From the NCBI GenBank assembly GCA_044222065.1, contig JBGAOA010000096.1:1-11231 (forward strand): DNA of 11,231 nt, in the 5' to 3' direction. The notes under the pieces are model-generated. The model was given only the letters and a program-made list of their open reading frames with translations. It searched no databases and had not been told where the DNA came from. Every line of letters starts with the position of its first letter. Position 1 is the stretch's first letter. The position numbers and the translations under genes were made by a program. Origin of the DNA: Candidatus Eiseniibacteriota bacterium (GTDB lineage: Bacteria > Eisenbacteria > RBG-16-71-46). Shown here piece by piece: positions 7,662 to 11,231 of this stretch.

Positions 7662-8069
7662 ATGTCCGCTTCGACGCTGCTCCTGCCTCTCGCCCGACAC
7701 CTGCCGTCGCTGTTCGGCGGCGCGCGCTTCCATCGCGCGGCACTCGCCGCCGCGGCCGGCGGCGATGCGGAATCCGCCAACGGACTGTTCGAACTCGCGG
7801 TCGCGTGCTACCGCCGCGAGTGGCGAGTGGAACCGCTCGCGCGGCTGCGCGTCCACCAGGCGATCGTGCGCCTCAAGGCCGGGCTCATCGCCGATCCGAC
7901 GGGTGAGGAGGCGCTCGAGGTCGAACGCCGTCTCACGCGACTCACCCGCATCGAATCGCTCGAGCCCCCGTTCGAACTCATCGACGCGCGCCAGATGCTC
8001 GCGAGCTGGACGGCCACCACGCAGAGCGGCGACGCCGAGCCCGTCGAGCGCGAGTCGCTCGCGGCCTGA
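7662..8069 (+). CDS. Hypothetical 135-aa protein, probably helical, with C-terminus ...ESLAA
   Basis: ATG at 7662 with SD-like GGGGGA at 7648-7653. Leu/Glu/Ala-rich, protein-like composition, unlike the Arg/Pro/Gly-rich shadow frames. Flanked by a promoter and a downstream hairpin. No family recognised. Confidence 0.75.
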   Translation: MSASTLLLPLARHLPSLFGGARFHRAALAAAAGGDAESANGLFELAVACYRREWRVEPLARLRVHQAIVRLKAGLIADPTGEEALEVERRLTRLTRIESLEPPFELIDARQMLASWTATTQSGDAEPVERESLAA

Positions 8070-8084
8070 CCGCCCTTCACGAAC

Positions 8085-8123
8085 GGAGCCCCGGCCCCGG
8101 CGGCCTTGCCGGACCGGGGCTCC
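8085..8123. terminator. GC-rich hairpin after the orphan gene (possible terminator)
   Basis: GGAGCCCCGG (8085-8094) pairs with CCGGGGCTCC (8114-8123), with an inner stem CCGGCG/TGCCGG. No clear U-tract. Confidence 0.45.
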
Positions 8124-8133
8124 TCGCTATACT
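8106..8133 (+). promoter_or_regulatory. Sigma-70-like promoter of the MoxR operon
   Basis: TTGCCG (8106-8111), 16-nt spacer, TATACT (8128-8133). A near-consensus -10 is conspicuous in this GC background and lies about 50 nt before the ATG. Confidence 0.6.
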
Positions 8134-8184
8134 CGCGCCGGCAACCGCCGCCGGCCGTGCGGTGAACATCAACGGAGACCAGGG

Positions 8185-9171
8185 ATGACCGTCGAGACCA
8201 AGGAAGCGGCGCGCCGGATCGAGCGTGCCGGAGCGGTGCTGGCGAAGGTGCGCGACGAGGTGGGCCGCGCGGTCGTGGGGCAGGCCCACATGGTGGACCG
8301 GCTGCTCGTCGGGCTGCTGACCGGCGGACACGTCCTGCTCGAGGGCGTCCCCGGACTCGCGAAGACGCTCGCCGTGAAGAGCCTGTCGGACGCGCTGTCG
8401 CTCAAGTTCCGCCGCATCCAGTTCACGCCCGACCTGCTGCCGGCCGACCTCACCGGCACCCAGATCTACAACCCGCGCGACGGCAGCTTCACGGCCAAGC
8501 CCGGCCCGCTGTTCGCGAACCTCGTCCTCGCCGACGAGGTCAATCGCGCGCCGGCCAAGGTGCAGTCCGCGCTGCTCGAGGCGATGCAGGAGCGCCAGGT
8601 CACGCTCGGCGACAAGAGCCACGCGCTCGAAGATCCGTTCCTCGTGCTCGCGACGCAGAACCCGATCGAGCAGGAAGGAACGTACGCGCTTCCCGAGGCG
8701 CAGAGCGACCGCTTCATGCTGAAGGTCAAGGTCGGCTACCCGACGCGCGGCGACGAGAAGGAGATCCTGCGGCGAGCGGGCCTCGCCGAGCTGCCCGAGC
8801 TCAAGCCCCAGGCGTCGCGCGCCGACGTGCTCGAGGCGCGCTCGGCGCTCGCGGGCGTGTACGTGGACGACAAGATCCAGGAGTACGTCCTCGACCTCGT
8901 CAACGCGACCCGCCGCCCGAAGGAGTTCGGTCTCGCGCTCGACGGACTGATCTCCTTCGGCGCGTCGCCCCGGGCGACGCTGTTCCTGATCCGCGGCGCG
9001 CAGGGACTCGCGGTGCTGGCGGGCCGGCCCTACGTGCTGCCCGACGACGTCAAGGGCATCGGCCCCGACGTGCTGCGCCACCGGATCCACGTGAGCTACG
9101 AGGCCGAAGCCGAGGGCCTCGACGGCGAGGAGATCGCGCGCCGGATCCTGGAGCAGGTGCGCGTGCCCTGA
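8185..9171 (+). CDS. moxR: MoxR-family AAA+ ATPase, 328 aa
   Basis: ATG at 8185 after GGAG (8174-8177). HVLLEGVPGLAKT (Walker A), RIQFTPDLLPAD, LADEVNRAPAKVQSALLEAMQE (Walker B), ATQNPIEQEGTY, GASPRA, VLRHRI. Confidence 0.95.
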   Translation: MTVETKEAARRIERAGAVLAKVRDEVGRAVVGQAHMVDRLLVGLLTGGHVLLEGVPGLAKTLAVKSLSDALSLKFRRIQFTPDLLPADLTGTQIYNPRDGSFTAKPGPLFANLVLADEVNRAPAKVQSALLEAMQERQVTLGDKSHALEDPFLVLATQNPIEQEGTYALPEAQSDRFMLKVKVGYPTRGDEKEILRRAGLAELPELKPQASRADVLEARSALAGVYVDDKIQEYVLDLVNATRRPKEFGLALDGLISFGASPRATLFLIRGAQGLAVLAGRPYVLPDDVKGIGPDVLRHRIHVSYEAEAEGLDGEEIARRILEQVRVP

Positions 9172-10052
9172 TGCAGACCTCCGAGCTGCTCGGCAAGATC
9201 CGCCGGCTCGAGATCCGCAGCCGCCATCTCGTCGAGGACCTGTTCGCGGGGCAATCCGAGAGCGTCTTCAAGGGCCGCGGGATCGAGTTCGAGGAAGTGC
9301 GCCCGTACGTGCCCGGCGACGAGGTGCGCGACATCGACTGGAACGTCACCGCGCGCCTCGGCGGCCCGTACGTGAAGCGCTTCGTCGAGGAGCACGAGCT
9401 GACGGTGCTGCTCGCGGTGGACGTCTCGCGCTCGATGCGCTTCGGCACCGCGGGCGCCGAGAAGCGCGAACTTGCCGCCGAACTGTGCGCCGTGCTCGGG
9501 TTCGCGGCGATCCGCAACAACGACCGCGTCGGGCTCGCGCTCGTCGGCGAGCGCGTGCTGCACTTCGTGCCGCCGGCGCGCGGACGCACGCACCTGCTGC
9601 GCATCATGCGCGACGTGCTCGCCGGTCCGACCGCGCGCGAGCTGCGGACCGCGGAGGCCGCGCGCTTCCTGCTGCACACGCTGCGCCGCCGGAGCCTCGT
9701 GTTCTGGCTCTCGGACTTCGAGGAGCCCGTGGACGTGCCGACGTGGCGCGTGCTCGCGCGCCGCCACGACGTGACGGCGATCCACCTGCGCGACCCGCGC
9801 GACGAGTCGCTGCCGGCGGCGGGCTGGGTCGAACTCGAGGACCTGGAGCGCGGCGGGCGGCGGCTCGTGAACACGTCGTCGCGGGGCGTGCGCGACGCCT
9901 ACCGGCGCGACGCGCTCCAGCGCCTCGGAGCGTCGCTGCGTTCGCTCGAACAGGCGCGCGCCGCCCGGCTCGAGCTGCGAACCGACGTGTCGTACCTCCC
10001 GGCGCTGCTCGGCTTCTTCGCGTCGGGCCGCAAGCGCGGGCGGGCCCGATGA
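9171..10052 (+). CDS. DUF58-family protein (VWA-like MoxR partner)
   Basis: TGATG coupling to moxR. Motifs: GRGIEFEEVRPYVPGDEVRDIDWNVTAR, MIDAS-like VDVSRSM, NNDRVGL, LSDF. Confidence 0.93.
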   Translation: MQTSELLGKIRRLEIRSRHLVEDLFAGQSESVFKGRGIEFEEVRPYVPGDEVRDIDWNVTARLGGPYVKRFVEEHELTVLLAVDVSRSMRFGTAGAEKRELAAELCAVLGFAAIRNNDRVGLALVGERVLHFVPPARGRTHLLRIMRDVLAGPTARELRTAEAARFLLHTLRRRSLVFWLSDFEEPVDVPTWRVLARRHDVTAIHLRDPRDESLPAAGWVELEDLERGGRRLVNTSSRGVRDAYRRDALQRLGASLRSLEQARAARLELRTDVSYLPALLGFFASGRKRGRAR

Positions 10053-11134
10053 AGCGACGCACGCCGTGGGTCGCGATCGCGATCGGCGCGCTCGTGATCG
10101 TCGCCGTCGCGGCCGGCCTGTTCCTCGCGCGGCGCGGCCGCGGCGGCGAGAGCGGGGCGGCGCTGCCGGCCGCACTCGAGCCCGCGACGGGCGGCGCCGC
10201 CGGTGACGCGCGCGGGCAGGGCGGCGCCGCGATCGAGCCCGCGAGCGCGGGGCTCGGCGAGCGTCTCGCGTACACGGGCGTCGTCACGTCCGCCGCGCGC
10301 GTGCGCGTGCGCTTCGTTCCGCCGCGCGACGACGGGGCGTTCCACTGGGGCAAGCCCGCGACGCGCGTGCTGCGGCCGGGCGACGCGCGCCCGCGCGAGG
10401 CCACCGTCGCGCGCGACGGCTGGCTCGAAATCGAGCCGGGCGTGAAGGCGGTCGTGAGCGTGCCGCTCCAGGTCTTCGCGTACGGCCCGGTCGCCGTGCC
10501 GGGCGTCGACCCCGAGACCGAATCCGCCGGCGCGCGCTCGCGCTCGCGCCTGCCGGTCGCGAACGTGACGATCGTGCCGGTGATCGCGGCGAACGACTCG
10601 ACCGCCGACTTCCACGCGCTGCGCGGACCGCTCGCCGCGCCCTGGTGGGAGCGGGTGCCGTGGTGGATCGTCGGCGGCGCGGTCGCGCTCGTCGCGGCGG
10701 CGCTCGGGTTCTGGCGGTGGCGCCGCCGCCGCCGCGCCGTCGCGCCGGCGAGCGCACCCGTCGCGCGTGCTCCGCGGCGCGACCCGACGGCCGAAGCTCT
10801 CGCGGAACTCGCCGCGCTGCGACGGCTCGGTCTGCCGGCGCAGGGCCGCTTCGCCGAGCACGCGTGGCGGCTCACGCGGGTGCTGCGGCGCTTCTTCGAG
10901 GACACGATCGGCGCGCCGCGGCCGGGCGACACGTCGTCCGAACTCGTGCAGCGACTCGGCGCGTCGCTCGACGCCGAGGACGTGAAGCAGGTGGACGGGC
11001 TGCTGCGCGTGTGGGACCGCGTGAAGTTCGCGCGCGCGGCTTCGAGCGCCGAGGAAGCGGAACGGGCGGAGCAGGCCGTCGAGGCGCTCGTGCGCCGCCG
11101 GTCGGCGCCGGCCGGTCCGGAGCGGGCGGCCTGA
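10049..11134 (+). CDS. Membrane protein of the MoxR/Bat operon (BatD/DUF4381-like), 361 aa
   Basis: ATGA overlap with DUF58. N-terminal hydrophobic helix (WVAIAIGALVIVAVAAGLFLA), a beta-rich middle, a second TM (VPWWIVGGAVALVAAALGFW) followed by an Arg run, and a helical tail with DRVKFA typical of genes in this operon position. Confidence 0.75.
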   Translation: MKRRTPWVAIAIGALVIVAVAAGLFLARRGRGGESGAALPAALEPATGGAAGDARGQGGAAIEPASAGLGERLAYTGVVTSAARVRVRFVPPRDDGAFHWGKPATRVLRPGDARPREATVARDGWLEIEPGVKAVVSVPLQVFAYGPVAVPGVDPETESAGARSRSRLPVANVTIVPVIAANDSTADFHALRGPLAAPWWERVPWWIVGGAVALVAAALGFWRWRRRRRAVAPASAPVARAPRRDPTAEALAELAALRRLGLPAQGRFAEHAWRLTRVLRRFFEDTIGAPRPGDTSSELVQRLGASLDAEDVKQVDGLLRVWDRVKFARAASSAEEAERAEQAVEALVRRRSAPAGPERAA

Positions 11135-11231
11135 TGCGCTGGGAACAGCCGTGGCTGCTGCTGCTCGTGGCGCTCCTGCCGGTGTTCGTCGTGCTCGCGC
11201 TGCGTCCGGTGCGCCGGCGCGCCGCCGTGCT
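11134..11231 (+). CDS. BatA-like VWA-domain membrane protein, N-terminus only (runs off the window)
   Basis: TGATG coupling. MRWEQPWLLLLVALLPVFVVLALRPVRRRAAV matches the BatA-type N-terminal pattern (aromatic-x-x-PW-L-rich-P) and sits in the expected operon position. The VWA domain itself is not visible. Confidence 0.75.
   Translation, partial: MRWEQPWLLLLVALLPVFVVLALRPVRRRAAV

Noticed and set aside
7490..7906. Alternative ORFs 7490..7906 (+), 7455..7856 (-) and 7514..7780 (-) as the real gene in this gap
   Set aside because: They have low-complexity Arg/Pro/Ala composition, no RBS, and overlap the promoter elements. The 7662..8069 frame has promoter, SD and composition support.
10719..10740. 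(CGC)n / (CCG)n short tandem run
   Set aside because: It encodes the positive-inside Arg stretch after a TM helix, and is not a contingency repeat or CRISPR.
1136..10932. Numerous long minus-strand ORFs (e.g. 1136..3010, 3682..4848, 6049..7743, 8077..9090, 9604..10932)
   Set aside because: They are antisense shadows of well-supported + strand genes, with no recognisable motifs.

Overview
Very GC-rich bacterial chromosomal window (above 70% by eye) with every credible gene on the + strand. It has three blocks. (1) A housekeeping run: 5'-truncated gatB, a degenerate LarA-N-like ORF, purD, purE, tsaC/YrdC, a YwlE-type low-molecular-weight (probably arginine) phosphatase, ilvE, rpiB and glyA. 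(2) A structured 203-bp intergenic region with a good sigma-54 (-24/-12) promoter and an upstream inverted repeat, preceding a 135-aa orphan that ends in LAA. (3) The start of a MoxR AAA+ / DUF58 / membrane protein / BatA-like VWA operon with its own sigma-70-like promoter. No RNA genes, mobile elements or CRISPR arrays were seen. The most notable items are the sigma-54 orphan module, the LarA-like ORF lacking catalytic residues, and two leaderless-type promoters whose -35 box contains the upstream gene's stop codon. All calls are from motif recognition by eye; no searches were run.
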